Shown here one piece after another: positions 1 to 11,501 of a stretch of 64,000 nt of DNA; the stretch's first letter is position 1, and the number at the start of each line of letters is the position of its first letter. A program made the position numbers and the translations under genes. The DNA comes from an uncultured Acidimicrobiales bacterium (lineage in GTDB: Bacteria; Actinomycetota; Acidimicrobiia; Acidimicrobiales; VFJN01). Below the pieces are notes generated by a model. The model did not search any database. It was not told the DNA's origin and worked only from the letters and a program-made list of their open reading frames with translations. The stretch is from contig CAWHNU010000007.1 in NCBI GenBank assembly GCA_963830865.1, positions 229,315-293,314 of the forward strand, written 5' to 3'.

Positions 1-509
1 TCAGGTGGTGGACCAGCAGCTCGGGCAGCGGCATGAGGTGGCGGGCCCGGGCCAGCTCGTCCGGGTCGTGGGCCGCCACCTGGAAGATCGTGTTGAACGG
101 CTGGAGCGCGACGCCGGTGGCCGAGTACAGCGCGGCGGCCCCGCCCAGGGCGTCGACGACCGCGGCGTAGCCCGCCGTCCGGTCGTCGCGGTACGAGAAC
201 GGCGGCGCCACCAGCGAGCCGCGCCCGTCGAGCAGCCCGTAGTCGACGCCCCAGGTGTCGACCCCGATCGACGCCAGCGGGCCCCGTGCCACGGCGGCGG
301 CGAGGCCCCGCTCCATCTCGGCCACCAGCCGGTCCCAGTCCCAGCGCAGGTGGCCGCCGCCGTCGGGCACCGGCCCGTGGGCGTGGCGGTGGACGACCTC
401 GAGCGCCGGCGGCCGGGCGCCCAGGTCGACCCGGCACATCCGGATCGACGACGCGCCGAAGTCGACCGCGGCCACCACCGGGCCCTCGGAGGCCGGCCGA
501 GGCGTCCAC
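1..509 (-). CDS. rhaB: Rhamnulokinase (FGGY family), runs off left edge; start uncertain (GTG 478, or GTG 509 with a 1-nt slip)
   Basis: Manual translation VAAVDFGASSIR...HLRWDWDRLVAE...ASIGVDTWGVDYGLLD; follows rhamnose isomerase. Confidence 0.85.
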   Translation of the reverse strand, partial: MDASAGLRGPGGGRGRLRRVVDPDVPGRPGRPAAGARGRPPPRPRAGARRRRPPALGLGPAGGRDGAGPRRRRGTGPAGVDRGRHLGRRLRAARRARLAGGAAVLVPRRPDGGLRRGRRRPGRGRRAVLGHRRRAPAVQHDLPGGGPRPGRAGPGPPPHAAARAAGPPP

Positions 510-1804
510 TAGAGACCCGTGGCCACCGCGTCGGCGCCCCGGCTCGCCACGGTGGCCGCCCGGTAGCCGACGGCCCGGTACGTCGCCAGCGGGTCGAGGG
601 CCGCGCCGTTGCGGCGCCGCGCCTCGGCCACCAGCGGCCGCACGTCGGTTCGGAACCCCCGGTGCAGCACCTCCGCCGCGCGGGCCGGGTCGTTGACCGC
701 CTGCGCGTCGGCCAGGTCGGCCCGGTTGACGCACAGCGCCTGGGCCAGCGCCACCTGGAGGGCGTCGGTGGCCTGGATGAGGTCCTCCAGCGGGTCTTTC
801 AGGTTGTGGCTCTCGTCGATCATGTAGGCGGCGTCGGGCATGCGCCCGCCGCCGGCCTCCAGCAGCTCGCCGACGATGAGGAACAGCTGGAACGGCGTGA
901 TCGATCCCACCGTCAGGTCGTCGTCGCCGTACTTCGAGTCGTTGAAGTGGAAGCCGCCGAGGCGGCCGACCATCGCCAGGCGCGACACCACCTGCTCGAT
1001 GTTGGTGTTCGGCAGGTGGTGGCCGAGGTCGACGAGGCAGCGGGCCCGGTCGCCCGTGCCCTGGGCCAGGAGCAGCGACGTGCCCCAGTCGTTGTTCACC
1101 GACGAGTAGAACGCCGGCTCGAACGGCTTGTGCTCGGTGTACATCTCCCAGTCGCCGGGCAGGTGGGCGTAGATCTCGCCCAGGCCCGCCAGCACCCGCT
1201 CGAACTGGCCCCGGAAGCTGGCCTGGCCCGGGTGGTTCATGCCGTCGCCCAGCCACACGGTCAGCGCCCGCGACCCCAGCTCGACGCCCAGGTCGATCAC
1301 GTAGTGGTTGTGCTCGATCGCCGCCCGGCGGGCACCCGGCTCGACGTTGGCCAGGCTGCCGAACTTGTACGACACCGCCCCGTCCCGCGTGGTGGAGGGG
1401 TTGTCCTGGAACGTGTTGGAGTTCATGGCGTCGAAGGCGATGCCCCGCTCCTCGGCGTGGCGCCGCAGCGCGGCGGCGCCCTCGCCCGGCCCGGGGTCGT
1501 CCCAGGGCACGTGCAGGCTGACCGAGCGGTTGGCGCCGGTCAGCGCGTTGAGGGCGGCGACGTCGTCGATCTTCTCGAACGTGTCGCGGGGCTCGCCGCC
1601 GCCGGGGAAGCGGCCGAAGCGGGTGCCGCCGGTGCCGACGGCCCACGACGGGGCCGCGGCGCTGAAGCGGGCCACCTCGGCCACCACGGCCTCGCCGTCC
1701 ACCCCGGCCCGGGCCACGACGTCGAGCGTGTGGGCCAGGTCGGACTCGTGCCAGGCCAGGCGGATCTGGTTGTCCTCGTCGATGCGGCTGCGGTCGATCG
1801 TCAT
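509..1804 (-). CDS. rhaI: L-rhamnose isomerase (RhaI type, xylose isomerase-like barrel)
   Basis: PSWAVGTGGTRFGRF, EHKPFEPAFY, DLGHH, FHFNDSKYGDDDL; operon context. Confidence 0.92.
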   Translation of the reverse strand: MTIDRSRIDEDNQIRLAWHESDLAHTLDVVARAGVDGEAVVAEVARFSAAAPSWAVGTGGTRFGRFPGGGEPRDTFEKIDDVAALNALTGANRSVSLHVPWDDPGPGEGAAALRRHAEERGIAFDAMNSNTFQDNPSTTRDGAVSYKFGSLANVEPGARRAAIEHNHYVIDLGVELGSRALTVWLGDGMNHPGQASFRGQFERVLAGLGEIYAHLPGDWEMYTEHKPFEPAFYSSVNNDWGTSLLLAQGTGDRARCLVDLGHHLPNTNIEQVVSRLAMVGRLGGFHFNDSKYGDDDLTVGSITPFQLFLIVGELLEAGGGRMPDAAYMIDESHNLKDPLEDLIQATDALQVALAQALCVNRADLADAQAVNDPARAAEVLHRGFRTDVRPLVAEARRRNGAALDPLATYRAVGYRAATVASRGADAVATGL

Positions 1805-1820
1805 CTTGGCTCCTCTCCCC

Positions 1821-3872
1821 TCACCGTAGGAACGCCATCGGCACCCCGCTGTCCACCGGCAGGATGGTGCCCGTCGTCAGCGCCAGCTCGCCCGAGCACA
1901 GCGCGAACACCGCCGCCGCCACGTGCTCGGGCAGCACCTCGTGGCCGAGCACGGTCCGGCCCGCGTAGAACTTCCCGAGCTCCTCGCGGGACACGCCGTA
2001 GACCCGGGCCCGCTCCTCGCCCCAGCCGCCCTCGAAGATCCCCGACCCCCGCACCACGCCGTCGGGGTTGACGCCGTTGACCCGCACGCCGAGCGGGCCG
2101 AGCTCGGTGGCGAGCAGGCGGACCTGGTGGGCCTGGTCGGCCTTGGCCGCCCCGTAGGCGACGTTGTCCTTGCCGGCGACCACCGCGTTCTTGGACACGA
2201 CGTAGACGATGTCGGCCGGCAGCCCCTGGTCCGCCATGATCCGGGCCGCCTCCCGGCTCACCAGGAACGAGCCGCGGGCCATGATCCGGTGCTGGAGGTC
2301 CCAGTCCTCGGCCGAGGTCTCGACCAGGGGCTTGGAGATCGACAGCCCGGCGTTGTTCACGACGAGGTCGACCCCGCCGTAGGCCGCGGCCGCGGCGCGG
2401 ACCGCGCTCGTCACCGCCTCCTCGTCGCTGACGTCGACCTCGACGGCGGTGGCCACGTCCGGGCCGCCCATCTCGGCGGCGGCCGCCTCGGCGCCGGGCC
2501 GGTCGCGGTCGGCCAGCACGACCGCGGCGCCCTCCGCGCCCAGGCGGGCCGCGATGGCCCGGCCGATGCCGGACGCCGCCCCGGTGACCAGCGCGACCCG
2601 CCCGGCCAGCGGCTTGGGCGGGGGCAGCCGGCGGAGCTTCGCCTCCTCCAGCGCCCAGTACTCGATGCGGAACTTCTCGGCCTCGTCGATCGGCGCGTAG
2701 GTCGACAGCGCCTCGGCCCCCCGCATGACGTTCAGGGCGTTGACGTAGAACTCGCCGGCGATGCGCGCCGCCCGCGCGTCGGCGCCGAAGCTGAACATGC
2801 CGACGCCCGGGACCAACACGATCACCGGGTCGGCGCCCCGCATCGGCGGCGAGTCCGGCGCGGCGTGCCGGTGGTAGTAGGCGGCGTAGTCGTCGCGGTA
2901 GGCGGCGTGCAGCTCGCGCAGCCGGGCCACCAGGTCCTCCACCGGGGCGCCGGGCGGCAGGTCGAGCAGCAGCGGCCGCACCTTCGTGCGGATGAAGTGG
3001 TCGGGACACGAGGTGCCCAGCGGCGCGACCCGCACCATGCCCTCCCGGGCGAGCGAGTCGAGCACGAGATCGCTGTCGTCGAGGCGCCCGACCACCCGCC
3101 CGTCGGTCGAGCACAGGCCCCGGACGTGGGGGGCGAGCAGGCCCGCGAGCCGCCGGCGCTCGGCGGCCGGCAGCGCGTCGAAGCCCGGGCGCACCGGGCC
3201 GAGGGGGTCGGGGCGGCCCCGCTGGGCGACGAACCGCTCGGCCCGGGCGATCACGTCGAGCGACAGCGCCTGGCAGGCCGCAGACGTGTCGGCCCAGGTG
3301 GTCAGGCCGTGACCACCGAGGACGACGCCCCGCAGGCCGGGGTTGTCGGCGGCGAGGGTGGCGATCTGCAGGCCGAGCTCGAAGCCGGGCCGCCGCCACG
3401 GGACCCAGGCCAGCTCGCGGCCGAAGCACTCCTTGGTGAGCGCCTCGCCGTCGGCGGCCGCGGCCAGGGCGATGACCGCGTCGGGGTGGAGGTGGTCGAC
3501 GTGGGGCGCGTCGACCAGCGCGTGCATGGCCGTGTCGATCGACGGCGCGGCCCCGCCGGTGCCCCAGCGGCAGTGGTCGAAGGCGGCGACCATCTCGTCC
3601 TCGTGGTCGACGCCGCGGTAGACGCCCCGCAGCGCCCGCACCCGGTCGAGGCGCAGGGTGGCGAGGCCGTCGGGGCGCAGCGTCCCGAGGTCGCCGCCGG
3701 AGCCCTTGACGTACAGCACCTCCGCCGGCTCGCCGGTCACCGGGTCGTCGACGAGGGCCTTGGCCGACGTGTTGCCGCCGCCGTAGTTGGTCACCCGGGG
3801 ATCGGCCCCGAGGGCGTGCGAGCGCGCCACCAGGTCGTCGAGCTGGGGAGGCCCGGTTGCGTCCATCGTCAC
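1821..3872 (-). CDS. rhaEW: Bifunctional rhamnulose-1-phosphate aldolase / short-chain dehydrogenase
   Basis: N-terminal class II aldolase (NYGGGNTSAK, HLHPD, CPDHF) fused to SDR (TGAASGIG, YGAAK). Confidence 0.92.
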   Translation of the reverse strand: MTMDATGPPQLDDLVARSHALGADPRVTNYGGGNTSAKALVDDPVTGEPAEVLYVKGSGGDLGTLRPDGLATLRLDRVRALRGVYRGVDHEDEMVAAFDHCRWGTGGAAPSIDTAMHALVDAPHVDHLHPDAVIALAAAADGEALTKECFGRELAWVPWRRPGFELGLQIATLAADNPGLRGVVLGGHGLTTWADTSAACQALSLDVIARAERFVAQRGRPDPLGPVRPGFDALPAAERRRLAGLLAPHVRGLCSTDGRVVGRLDDSDLVLDSLAREGMVRVAPLGTSCPDHFIRTKVRPLLLDLPPGAPVEDLVARLRELHAAYRDDYAAYYHRHAAPDSPPMRGADPVIVLVPGVGMFSFGADARAARIAGEFYVNALNVMRGAEALSTYAPIDEAEKFRIEYWALEEAKLRRLPPPKPLAGRVALVTGAASGIGRAIAARLGAEGAAVVLADRDRPGAEAAAAEMGGPDVATAVEVDVSDEEAVTSAVRAAAAAYGGVDLVVNNAGLSISKPLVETSAEDWDLQHRIMARGSFLVSREAARIMADQGLPADIVYVVSKNAVVAGKDNVAYGAAKADQAHQVRLLATELGPLGVRVNGVNPDGVVRGSGIFEGGWGEERARVYGVSREELGKFYAGRTVLGHEVLPEHVAAAVFALCSGELALTTGTILPVDSGVPMAFLR

Positions 3873-3880
3873 CTCCTCTC

Positions 3881-4201
3881 TCAGTCCAGGTGGAACACCT
3901 CGTCGAGCTCCCGCATCATCTGGTCGGCGGGAAGGCCCTCGCCCTCGAAATAGGGGGCCATCAGCGCCTGCCAGCGCTCGTTGACCGGCTCGGCGGCCAT
4001 GGCCGCCTGCGCGTCGGCGAGCGTGCCGGGGGTCTCGACGTAGCCGAACAGGGTGCCGTCGGGCCGCAGGAACAGCGAGTAGTTGTGCCAGCCCGCCCGG
4101 CGCAGCGCGTCGAGCATCTCGGGCCAGACCGCGGCGTGGTGCCGCCGGTAGTCGTCGACCAGCTCGGGCCGGACCTTCAGCGTGAAGGCGTACCGGTGCA
4201 C
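3881..4201 (-). CDS. rhaM: L-rhamnose mutarotase
   Basis: RYAFTLKV..YRRHHAAVWPEM..NYSLFL..WQALMAPYF..EVFHLD; GTG start with GGAGG RBS. Confidence 0.92.
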   Translation of the reverse strand: MHRYAFTLKVRPELVDDYRRHHAAVWPEMLDALRRAGWHNYSLFLRPDGTLFGYVETPGTLADAQAAMAAEPVNERWQALMAPYFEGEGLPADQMMRELDEVFHLD

Positions 4202-4272
4202 GCGCCGTCCTCCTCCTGCGATCTCCCGGGGTGGCGGGCGGAGCGGTCGACCCGCCCCGCCCGTCGCGCCGG

Positions 4273-5364
4273 TCACGAGTCGATGTTGTCCTTGTCGTAG
4301 ACGGTGAACGGGCCCATGACCACCCGCAGGCCGTTGTCCCGGGTCGGATCCTTCTCGATCGTGTAGTCGCCGAGCCGGCCGGCCGTGAACGACTGGCCCT
4401 CGGCGGCCTCGATCTGGCCCGTGGCGATGCCGTAGGTGGCGTAGTAGGTGAGGTAGCCGAGGTCGACGAAGCTCCACAGGGCGAACTGCGGCGCGCAGCC
4501 GCTGTCCGTGTAGGCCTTCATCTCCTCGGGCAGGCCGAGGCCGGAGACCTTCACCGTGTCGCACAGGCCCTCGTCGGTCATGGCCTTGCCGGCGGCGGCG
4601 ATGCCGACGGTCGTGGGCGCCATGATCAGCTTGAGGTCCGGGTACTTGTCGACGAGCGCCAACGCCTGGGTGTACGACTCGTCGGCGTCGTCGTTGCCGT
4701 AGACGGTGTCGACCAGGTTGAGGCTGGCGTACTTCTCGTCCTCCAGGGCGGTCTCCATGGCGTCGATCCAGGCGTTCTGGTTGGTGGCGTCGGGGGAGGC
4801 CGACAGGATGGCGAAGTCGCCGCCGGCGTCGCCCAGGATCTCCAACGCCATGTCGGCCATGACCACGCCGGTCTCGTCGAAGTCGACCTGGGCGACGAAC
4901 AGGCTCTCGCCCTCGCCCGAGGGGATCGCCGAGTCCCAGCTCACCACCGCGACGTCCGCGTCGGTGGCCGCGTCGACCCCCGACTGGATCTGCTCGCCGG
5001 CGTTGTTCGAGATCATCACCGCGTCGACGCCCTGGGTGGCGGCGTTGGTCATGGTCTCGATCTGGCCGGTCGGATCCTCGCACGTGGACGGCCCGATGAA
5101 CTCGGGGTCGTCGGTGCCGAGCTCGCCGGCCGCCTCCTGGGCGCCCTCGTTGGCCTGGTCGAACACCGCGATGCCCGTGCACTTGGGCAGCAGGATCGAC
5201 GACATGGCGTCGCCGCCCTGGATGGCGACCGTCTCGCCGGAGGCCGCGCCCCCGCCGGACGACCCCTCGTCCGCGGTGCTCGAGCTGTCGTCGTCGTCGC
5301 CGCACGCCGCGGCCATGACGAGCGCCAGGCTCAGGAACCCGCCCAACAGCTTGTGTGCTCTCAT
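4273..5364 (-). CDS. rhaS: Rhamnose ABC transporter substrate-binding lipoprotein
   Basis: Lipobox MAAAC-GDDD; sugar-binding protein motifs ([18 protein letters not shown]). Confidence 0.88.
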   Translation of the reverse strand: MRAHKLLGGFLSLALVMAAACGDDDDSSSTADEGSSGGGAASGETVAIQGGDAMSSILLPKCTGIAVFDQANEGAQEAAGELGTDDPEFIGPSTCEDPTGQIETMTNAATQGVDAVMISNNAGEQIQSGVDAATDADVAVVSWDSAIPSGEGESLFVAQVDFDETGVVMADMALEILGDAGGDFAILSASPDATNQNAWIDAMETALEDEKYASLNLVDTVYGNDDADESYTQALALVDKYPDLKLIMAPTTVGIAAAGKAMTDEGLCDTVKVSGLGLPEEMKAYTDSGCAPQFALWSFVDLGYLTYYATYGIATGQIEAAEGQSFTAGRLGDYTIEKDPTRDNGLRVVMGPFTVYDKDNIDS

Positions 5365-5414
5365 CTTCCCTCTCCTTCTCGCCGGGGAGCCCCCGGCGTC
5401 GATCGCTCCGCGGG

Positions 5415-6386
5415 TCATGCCTCCGCCGCCGCGCCCGGGCGGCGCAGCGGCAGCCGGTCGAGCAGGTTCTGCGCCAGCACCGAGGCGATCAGCAGCGCGC
5501 CGATCACGCCCGTCTGGGTGTTGGGCTCGACGTTGGCCAGGCCGAGCCCGTTGCGCAGGTTGAGCACGATGCAGATGGCCAGCCCCACGCCGACCATCGA
5601 GCCCGTGCCCCCGAAGATGCTCACGCCGCCGAGCAGGACCATCGTGATGATGTCGAGCTCGAAGCCCTCGCCGACGTTGGCCCGGATCGAGCCGAGGCGG
5701 GCGGCGAAGAACACGCCCGCGATGCCGGAGACCAGGCCCGAGACCGTGAAGATCGTCAGCTTCACGCGGGCGACATCGATGCCCGAGTAGCGGGCGACCT
5801 CGGCATTGGCGCCGATGACGAAGACCTTGCGGCCGAACGCGCCCCGGTGGAGGACGATGCCGCCGACCACCAGCATCACGAGGAACAGCACCAGCGCGAA
5901 CGGCATCGGCCCGAGGAAGTCGGCCCGGCCGAGGTCGCCGAACCACTCGGGGAAGTCGCCGATCGAGCGGTCCTCCAACAGGATGCGGGCGGCCCCCCGG
6001 AAGCCGATCAGGCCCGCCAGCGTGACGACCAGCGACGAGATCCCCGTGCGGGCGATGACCAGGCCCTGGACGAACCCGGCGCTGGCGCCCGCGGCCAGGG
6101 CGAGGACGATCGCCAGCGGGAAGGGGACGCCGGCGTCGTGGGCCGTGGCGAGGACGCAGGCCGAGAACGCCATCACCGAGGCCACCGACAGGTCGATCTC
6201 GCCGTTGATGATGACGAACGTCATCGACACGGCGATGATCACCTTCTCGATCGACAGCCGGAACAGGTTCACGAAGTTGTCGACGTCGAGGTACACGGGC
6301 GACCGGGTGGCGTTGTAGGCGATGGTCGCCAGCAGGATCACGGCCAGCAGCAGCTCCCAGCTCCGGGCGCGGGCCCACTCAGGCAT
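5415..6386 (-). CDS. rhaQ: Sugar ABC transporter permease
   Basis: Hydrophobic; [29 protein letters not shown]. Confidence 0.85.
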   Translation of the reverse strand: MPEWARARSWELLLAVILLATIAYNATRSPVYLDVDNFVNLFRLSIEKVIIAVSMTFVIINGEIDLSVASVMAFSACVLATAHDAGVPFPLAIVLALAAGASAGFVQGLVIARTGISSLVVTLAGLIGFRGAARILLEDRSIGDFPEWFGDLGRADFLGPMPFALVLFLVMLVVGGIVLHRGAFGRKVFVIGANAEVARYSGIDVARVKLTIFTVSGLVSGIAGVFFAARLGSIRANVGEGFELDIITMVLLGGVSIFGGTGSMVGVGLAICIVLNLRNGLGLANVEPNTQTGVIGALLIASVLAQNLLDRLPLRRPGAAAEA

Positions 6387-7488
6387 CGGTCGCCTCCCCT
6401 CCCGGCTCGGCGGCGGCCAGGGCCGGGACACCGGCCGCCGGCCCTCCGCCGGGCTCGTCGTCGCCGTCGTCGAGGCGGGTGTGCGGCCGGGCCTCGGCCG
6501 ACCACCGGCGCTGGAACCGCCGCCCGATGGCCACGTCGGCGACCACCGCGGCGAGGATCAGCGCGCCGAGGATGGCGTTGCGCCAGAACTCGCTCACCTG
6601 CGGCACCCGGACCAGGCTCTGGTCGAGGATGTCGATCAGCACGGCGCCGAGGAAGGCGCCGACCAGCGTGCCCGAGCCGCCGAGCACGCTCACGCCGCCC
6701 ACGACCGCCGCCGCCACCGAGTCCAGCTCCAGGCCCTGGCCGGCGACGACGGTGATCGTGCCGAAGCGGGCGAGGAACAGGAAGCCGGCGAGGCCGGAGA
6801 GCGCGCCGCAGGCGACGAACGCCCCGAGCACCAGGCGCCGGGTCGGGAGGCCGGTCTGGACGGCCGCCTCGGGGTTGGACCCGATGGCGTAGAGGCGGCG
6901 GCCCCAGCGCAGCCGGGCCAGGGCAACCTGGAGCACGGCCACGATCACGATCACCACCGCCACGACGAGCCGGATGTCCAGGCCCCCGACCTGGAAGACG
7001 GTGCGGGTGGGGAGGTCGACGATCCATGACGGCAGCGAGTCGGCCGTGATCGTCTTGGCCTCCGCGTGGGAGACCAGCCAGCTGCGGTAGATGGCCAGCG
7101 TGCCGAGCGTGACGATGATCGCCGGCACCCGGCCGTAGGCCACGATGACCCCGTTGATCGTGCCGAGCACGGCGCCGATCCCGACGGCGAGGGCGATCGT
7201 CAGCGCGGGCGAGGCGCCCTGGTGGGCGGCCGCGAACTCGCCGGTCAGGTAGGCGCTCACCCCGACGATCGAGCCGACCGAGAGGTCGATGTTGCGGGTG
7301 ATGATGACCAGCGTCTGGGCGACCGCCAGGACGGCGGTGATGGCCACGCTGGTCGTGACCCGGTTGAAGAACCGGCCGGAGTAATAGTCGTCGACCAGGA
7401 AGCCGAAGATGACGACGGCGGCCACGATCACCCCGAGGAGCGACAGCTCCCTGACCCTCTCGGGCCGGAGCCACAGGGCGCCCGTCAC
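6379..7488 (-). CDS. rhaP: Sugar ABC transporter permease
   Basis: [27 protein letters not shown]; GTGA overlap with upstream ATPase. Confidence 0.85.
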   Translation of the reverse strand: MTGALWLRPERVRELSLLGVIVAAVVIFGFLVDDYYSGRFFNRVTTSVAITAVLAVAQTLVIITRNIDLSVGSIVGVSAYLTGEFAAAHQGASPALTIALAVGIGAVLGTINGVIVAYGRVPAIIVTLGTLAIYRSWLVSHAEAKTITADSLPSWIVDLPTRTVFQVGGLDIRLVVAVVIVIVAVLQVALARLRWGRRLYAIGSNPEAAVQTGLPTRRLVLGAFVACGALSGLAGFLFLARFGTITVVAGQGLELDSVAAAVVGGVSVLGGSGTLVGAFLGAVLIDILDQSLVRVPQVSEFWRNAILGALILAAVVADVAIGRRFQRRWSAEARPHTRLDDGDDEPGGGPAAGVPALAAAEPGGEATDA

Positions 7489-8984
7489 GCCACGCCCACC
7501 GCGGCGGTCATGACCCGTTCCTCGGTCGCTTCCGTGCGATCGAACACCCCCATCTGCTCGCCCTCGCGCATGACCAGCACCCGGTCGCTCATCGCGAGCA
7601 CCTCGGGCAGGTCCGACGAGATGAGCACGACGGCGACGCCTTGGCGGGCCAGCTCGTCGACGATGTGGTGGACCTCGGCCTTGGCGCCGACGTCGATGCC
7701 GCGGGTCGGCTCGTCGAGGATGAGCACGGCCGGCTCGGTGTTGAGCCACTTGGCGAGCATCGTCTTCTGCTGGTTGCCGCCCGACAGCAGGCCCACGAGC
7801 TGGTTCAGGCTCTCGGTGCGGATGCCGAGCTGGCTGCGGAAGCGCTCGGCCGTGGCCCGCTCGGCCCGGCGGTCGACGAGGCCGAGCCGGGACACGTAGC
7901 GGCGCAGCCCGGGCAGCGTGATGTTGGCGGTCACCGATTGGGACAGCGACAGGCCGACGTGCCGGCGGTCCTCGGACACGTACGCGATGCCAAGGTCCAT
8001 GGCCTGGCGGGGGTGCGATATCTCGACCGGCCGGCCGTCCAGCTCGATCGTCCCGGCCTCGGCCGGGGCGATGCCGAAAAGCGCGAGCGCGACGTCGGTG
8101 CGCCCGGCGCCGACCAGACCGGCCAGCCCGAGCACCTCGCCCCGGTGCAGGTCGAAGCCGACGCCGGAGAACTTGCCGGTGCGGCCGAGGTCCCGGACTC
8201 GCAGGACGAGGTCGCCGCCGTGGTGCTCGCTGCGGGCGTAGAAGTCGGCGGCCTCCCGCCCGACCATGGCGGCGATCAGCCCGCCGGTGGTGACGTCGGC
8301 CCGGGCGGTGGTTTGGATGTGGCGCCCGTCGCGGAACACGGAGATCCGGTCGGCGATGGTGAACACCTCGTCCAGCCGGTGGCTGATGAACAGGACGGCG
8401 ACACCCTCGGCGCGGAGCTGGCGGACCTGCCGGAACAGGCGCCCGACCTCGTGGGCGGACAGTGCGGCGGTGGGCTCGTCCATGATGAGCACCCGCACGT
8501 CGAGCGAGATCGCCTTGGCGATCTCGATGGCCTGCTGGGCGGCGACGGGCAGCCCGGCGGCCGGCATCCGGGGGTCGAGCCGCACGTCTAGTCGGTCGAG
8601 CAGGGCGGTCGCGTCGGCGCACAGCTTCCGCCAGCGCACGACGCGGCCCAGGTCGCGGTGGCCGACGAAGATGTTCTCGGCCACGCTGAGGTCGGGGAAG
8701 ATCAGCGGCTCCTGGTAGATGGCGGCGACCCCGAGCCGCTGGGCGTCGGCGGCGCTGCGGAGCACGACCGGCTCGCCGTCGACCAGCACCTCCCCGTCGT
8801 CGGGCGGGTAGACGCCGGTCATGATCTTGATCAGCGTGGACTTGCCGGCCCCGTTCTCGCCGACGAGCGCATGGACCTCCCCGGCCCGCAGGTCGAGCGA
8901 CACGCCGTCGAGCGCGTGGGTCGCCCCGAACCGCTTGGAGATTCCCCGCATGGCGAGCACGGCGTCCTCGGCTGCGACCACCAC
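7485..8984 (-). CDS. rhaT: Sugar ABC transporter ATP-binding protein (two ABC domains)
   Basis: [35 protein letters not shown]. Confidence 0.9.
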   Translation of the reverse strand: MVVAAEDAVLAMRGISKRFGATHALDGVSLDLRAGEVHALVGENGAGKSTLIKIMTGVYPPDDGEVLVDGEPVVLRSAADAQRLGVAAIYQEPLIFPDLSVAENIFVGHRDLGRVVRWRKLCADATALLDRLDVRLDPRMPAAGLPVAAQQAIEIAKAISLDVRVLIMDEPTAALSAHEVGRLFRQVRQLRAEGVAVLFISHRLDEVFTIADRISVFRDGRHIQTTARADVTTGGLIAAMVGREAADFYARSEHHGGDLVLRVRDLGRTGKFSGVGFDLHRGEVLGLAGLVGAGRTDVALALFGIAPAEAGTIELDGRPVEISHPRQAMDLGIAYVSEDRRHVGLSLSQSVTANITLPGLRRYVSRLGLVDRRAERATAERFRSQLGIRTESLNQLVGLLSGGNQQKTMLAKWLNTEPAVLILDEPTRGIDVGAKAEVHHIVDELARQGVAVVLISSDLPEVLAMSDRVLVMREGEQMGVFDRTEATEERVMTAAVGVA

Positions 8985-9021
8985 ACCCCCCGACGCGGCG
9001 ACGTTCGACGTTGTGTCTTCT

Positions 9022-9041
9022 AACACGATCGAACACGACCG
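9022..9041 (-). promoter_or_regulatory. 10-bp tandem repeat in the rha promoter, candidate regulator site
   Basis: AACACGATCG-AACACGACCG in the AT-richer intergenic region. Confidence 0.4.
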
Positions 9042-9089
9042 CACAAGGGCCAGCGTCTGGCGGGGGCGGGGTGGTGCGAGGATGGTGCG

Positions 9090-9752
9090 ATGGAGCGCGC
9101 ACGTGACGCCGGTCGGCTGCGCCGGGGCGAGCGACGCGAGGTGCTGCTCGACGCGGCGGCGGCGCTGGCGGCCGGTGGGTCGGCCGAAGCGGTCACGATG
9201 GAGGCGGTGGCCGAGCGGGCGGGCGTGAGCCGGCCGCTGGTGTACCGGCATTTCCCCAACCGGGAGGAGCTGATCGCCGCCGTCTACCGGCGGGAGACCG
9301 TGCACCTCCACGACCAGCTCGCCGCGGAGGTCATGGCCGCCGGGTCGCTGCTCGGGATGTACCGGGCGCTGGTGCACGGGGCCCTGCGGGCGGCCGCCGA
9401 GCGCGGGCACCTGTTCGCGACGCTGCAGTCGGCCGGGGCCCTGAGCCCCGAGGTCCGCCGCGACCAGCGCCGGCGGGACGCCGCCACCGTGCGGGCCTTC
9501 GCGGCGCAGGCGCGCTGCGAGCTCGGCGTCGGCGACGAGATCGCCGGGACGACGACGGCGCTGCTGCTGTCGCTGATCGACCCGGTGCTGGGCCGGTGGC
9601 GCCGCGACCCCACGCCCGCGAACGCCTCGCTCCTGGAGGAGAGCTACATGACGATCGTGTCGGCCTCGCTCGCCGCGCTCGCCGGGGGGCGGTACCGCCG
9701 GGATGAGGGGTTGCGCCCGTCGCGACCCGGGTGTCACAGTGCGGGTAGTTGA
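9090..9752 (+). CDS. TetR/AcrR family regulator
   Basis: [30 protein letters not shown]. Confidence 0.9.
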   Translation: MERARDAGRLRRGERREVLLDAAAALAAGGSAEAVTMEAVAERAGVSRPLVYRHFPNREELIAAVYRRETVHLHDQLAAEVMAAGSLLGMYRALVHGALRAAAERGHLFATLQSAGALSPEVRRDQRRRDAATVRAFAAQARCELGVGDEIAGTTTALLLSLIDPVLGRWRRDPTPANASLLEESYMTIVSASLAALAGGRYRRDEGLRPSRPGCHSAGS

Positions 9753-9762
9753 CAGATTGTCA
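9750..9762. promoter_or_regulatory. Palindromic operator upstream of the amidohydrolase
   Basis: TGACAGATTGTCA inverted repeat in an AT-rich patch. Confidence 0.5.
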
Positions 9763-9784
9763 CTAACTCTCGAGGGGGGCCACC

Positions 9785-10936
9785 GTGACCTACGCCGGGG
9801 CACGACGCATCCTGGACGCCGACAGCCACCTGATGGAGCTGGCGGACTTCCTCGACGACCACATCGTGGACGAGTACCGCGACAGCCTGCGCCGCGGGGG
9901 CATGGACGCGCTCGAACCGGTGCTCGCGGCCGCGATCAACCAGGCCGACCGCCGGCGCTCCGACGCCGCGCTGGCGGCCGAGGCCGAGGGGCGGCTGCTG
10001 AAGGACAAGGGCTGGCAGGCGATCGGCGCGTTCGACCCGGTCGAGCGCAGCCGGGCCCTCGACCTCTTCGGCTTCGAGGGCCAGCTCGTGTTCGCCACGT
10101 TCGCCACCGCGATGTTCGCCGGCCGCGACGTCGGCCGCCTCTACGCGGGCTGTTCGGCCCAGAACCGGGCCGTCGCCGAGTTCTGCGGCCACGACGGCCG
10201 CCTCCTGCCGGTCGGCTTCGTGTCGCTCGTCGACCCCGCCCGCGCGCTCGCCGCCGTGGAAGAGGCGATCGGGCTCGGGTGCGCCGCGGTCATGGTCCCC
10301 AGCACCGCCGCCGGCGAGCGGGCGCCGACCCATCCCGACCTCGACCCGGTGTGGGACGCGCTCGCCCGGTCCGGCGTGCCGTTCGTCCTGCACGTCGGCG
10401 GGGGCGGCCGGCTCCTCGACCGGGCGTTCCACAACAACGCCATGCCGGTGACCGACCACCTCGGCGGCGGGGAGAACATCCGCTCGAAGGACTTCCTCGC
10501 CATCCACCACTCACCGGCCCTGTTCCTCGGGGCGTTGATCTACGACGGCCTCTTCGACCGGTTCCCGGCCCTGCGCGGCGGGTGCATCGAGCAGGGCGCC
10601 GGTTGGGTCGTGTCGTGGCTGCACCAGCTCGACTACGGGGTCCGGGCGTTCCGCCGGACGGAGGAGCCGCTGACCCGGCTGGCCGGCAAGCCGAGCGAGT
10701 ACGTCCGCCGCCACCTCAAGTTCACGCCCTTCGCCGGCGAGGACGTCGGGTGGATGATCGAGCACGCCGGGCCCGACCTGTTCATGTTCTCGACCGACTA
10801 CCCGCACCCCGAGGGCGGCCGCGACCCGCTCGCCAAGTTCGCCGAGACCCTGACCGGCGTCGGCGAGGCCGACCAGGACCGCTTCTACCACGACAACATG
10901 GCCGAGATGCTCGGCCGGGCGCCCGCACCGGCGTAA
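9785..10936 (+). CDS. Amidohydrolase family protein (Amidohydro_2)
   Basis: [22 protein letters not shown]. Confidence 0.88.
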   Translation: MTYAGARRILDADSHLMELADFLDDHIVDEYRDSLRRGGMDALEPVLAAAINQADRRRSDAALAAEAEGRLLKDKGWQAIGAFDPVERSRALDLFGFEGQLVFATFATAMFAGRDVGRLYAGCSAQNRAVAEFCGHDGRLLPVGFVSLVDPARALAAVEEAIGLGCAAVMVPSTAAGERAPTHPDLDPVWDALARSGVPFVLHVGGGGRLLDRAFHNNAMPVTDHLGGGENIRSKDFLAIHHSPALFLGALIYDGLFDRFPALRGGCIEQGAGWVVSWLHQLDYGVRAFRRTEEPLTRLAGKPSEYVRRHLKFTPFAGEDVGWMIEHAGPDLFMFSTDYPHPEGGRDPLAKFAETLTGVGEADQDRFYHDNMAEMLGRAPAPA

Positions 10937-10976
10937 CCCGAACAGGGCGCTCGGCGGGCGGCGCGAGACTCCGCCG

Positions 10977-11363
10977 ATGGCAACGATCCGGGACATCGTC
11001 TTCGACGCGCGCCACTCGACGTCGCGGGCCCGGTTCTGGGCGGCCGCGCTGGACGGCTACGACGTGGCGCCGTACGACGAGGCCGAGTTGGAGCGGCTGC
11101 GGGGCGAGGGCATCGACGATCCCGAGGACGACTCCACGGTGCTGGTGGAGCCGGCCGGCGAGGGTCCACGGCTTTGGTTCCAGCGGGTGCCGGAACCCAG
11201 GATCGCGAAGAGCCGCGTGCACCTCGACCTGACGGCCGACGACGTGGACGCCGAGGTCGAGCGGCTGGTCGCGCTCGGCGCCACCCGGCTCGCCCACCAG
11301 CCCACCCCGAGCCTCGTCGTGTTCCTCGATCCCGAGGGGAACGACTTCTGCCTGCTGCGCTAG
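10977..11363 (+). CDS. VOC/glyoxalase family protein
   Basis: RLWFQRVPEPRIAKSRVHLDL, DPEGNDFC. Confidence 0.88.
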   Translation: MATIRDIVFDARHSTSRARFWAAALDGYDVAPYDEAELERLRGEGIDDPEDDSTVLVEPAGEGPRLWFQRVPEPRIAKSRVHLDLTADDVDAEVERLVALGATRLAHQPTPSLVVFLDPEGNDFCLLR

Positions 11364-11367
11364 CGCC

Positions 11368-11501
11368 CCCACGTTTCTGGCAGCGCCCAGTGCCGTAGCG
11401 GGACGGGATCGCTGCCAGAAGCCGGTCGCTCCCCGGCGCCCACGTTTCTGGCAGCGCTCAGTGCCGTAGCGGGACGGGATCGCTGCCAGAAGCCGGCCGC
11501 T
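11368..11501. repeat. Tandem pair of palindromic REP-like units (family A, 71-bp period)
   Basis: Two near-identical units, each TTCTGGCAGCG-N24-CGCTGCCAGAA, between convergent genes. Confidence 0.85.

Noticed and set aside
11368-11501. Mini CRISPR array
   Set aside because: Only two units, the internal segments are near-identical rather than unique spacers, and there are no cas genes
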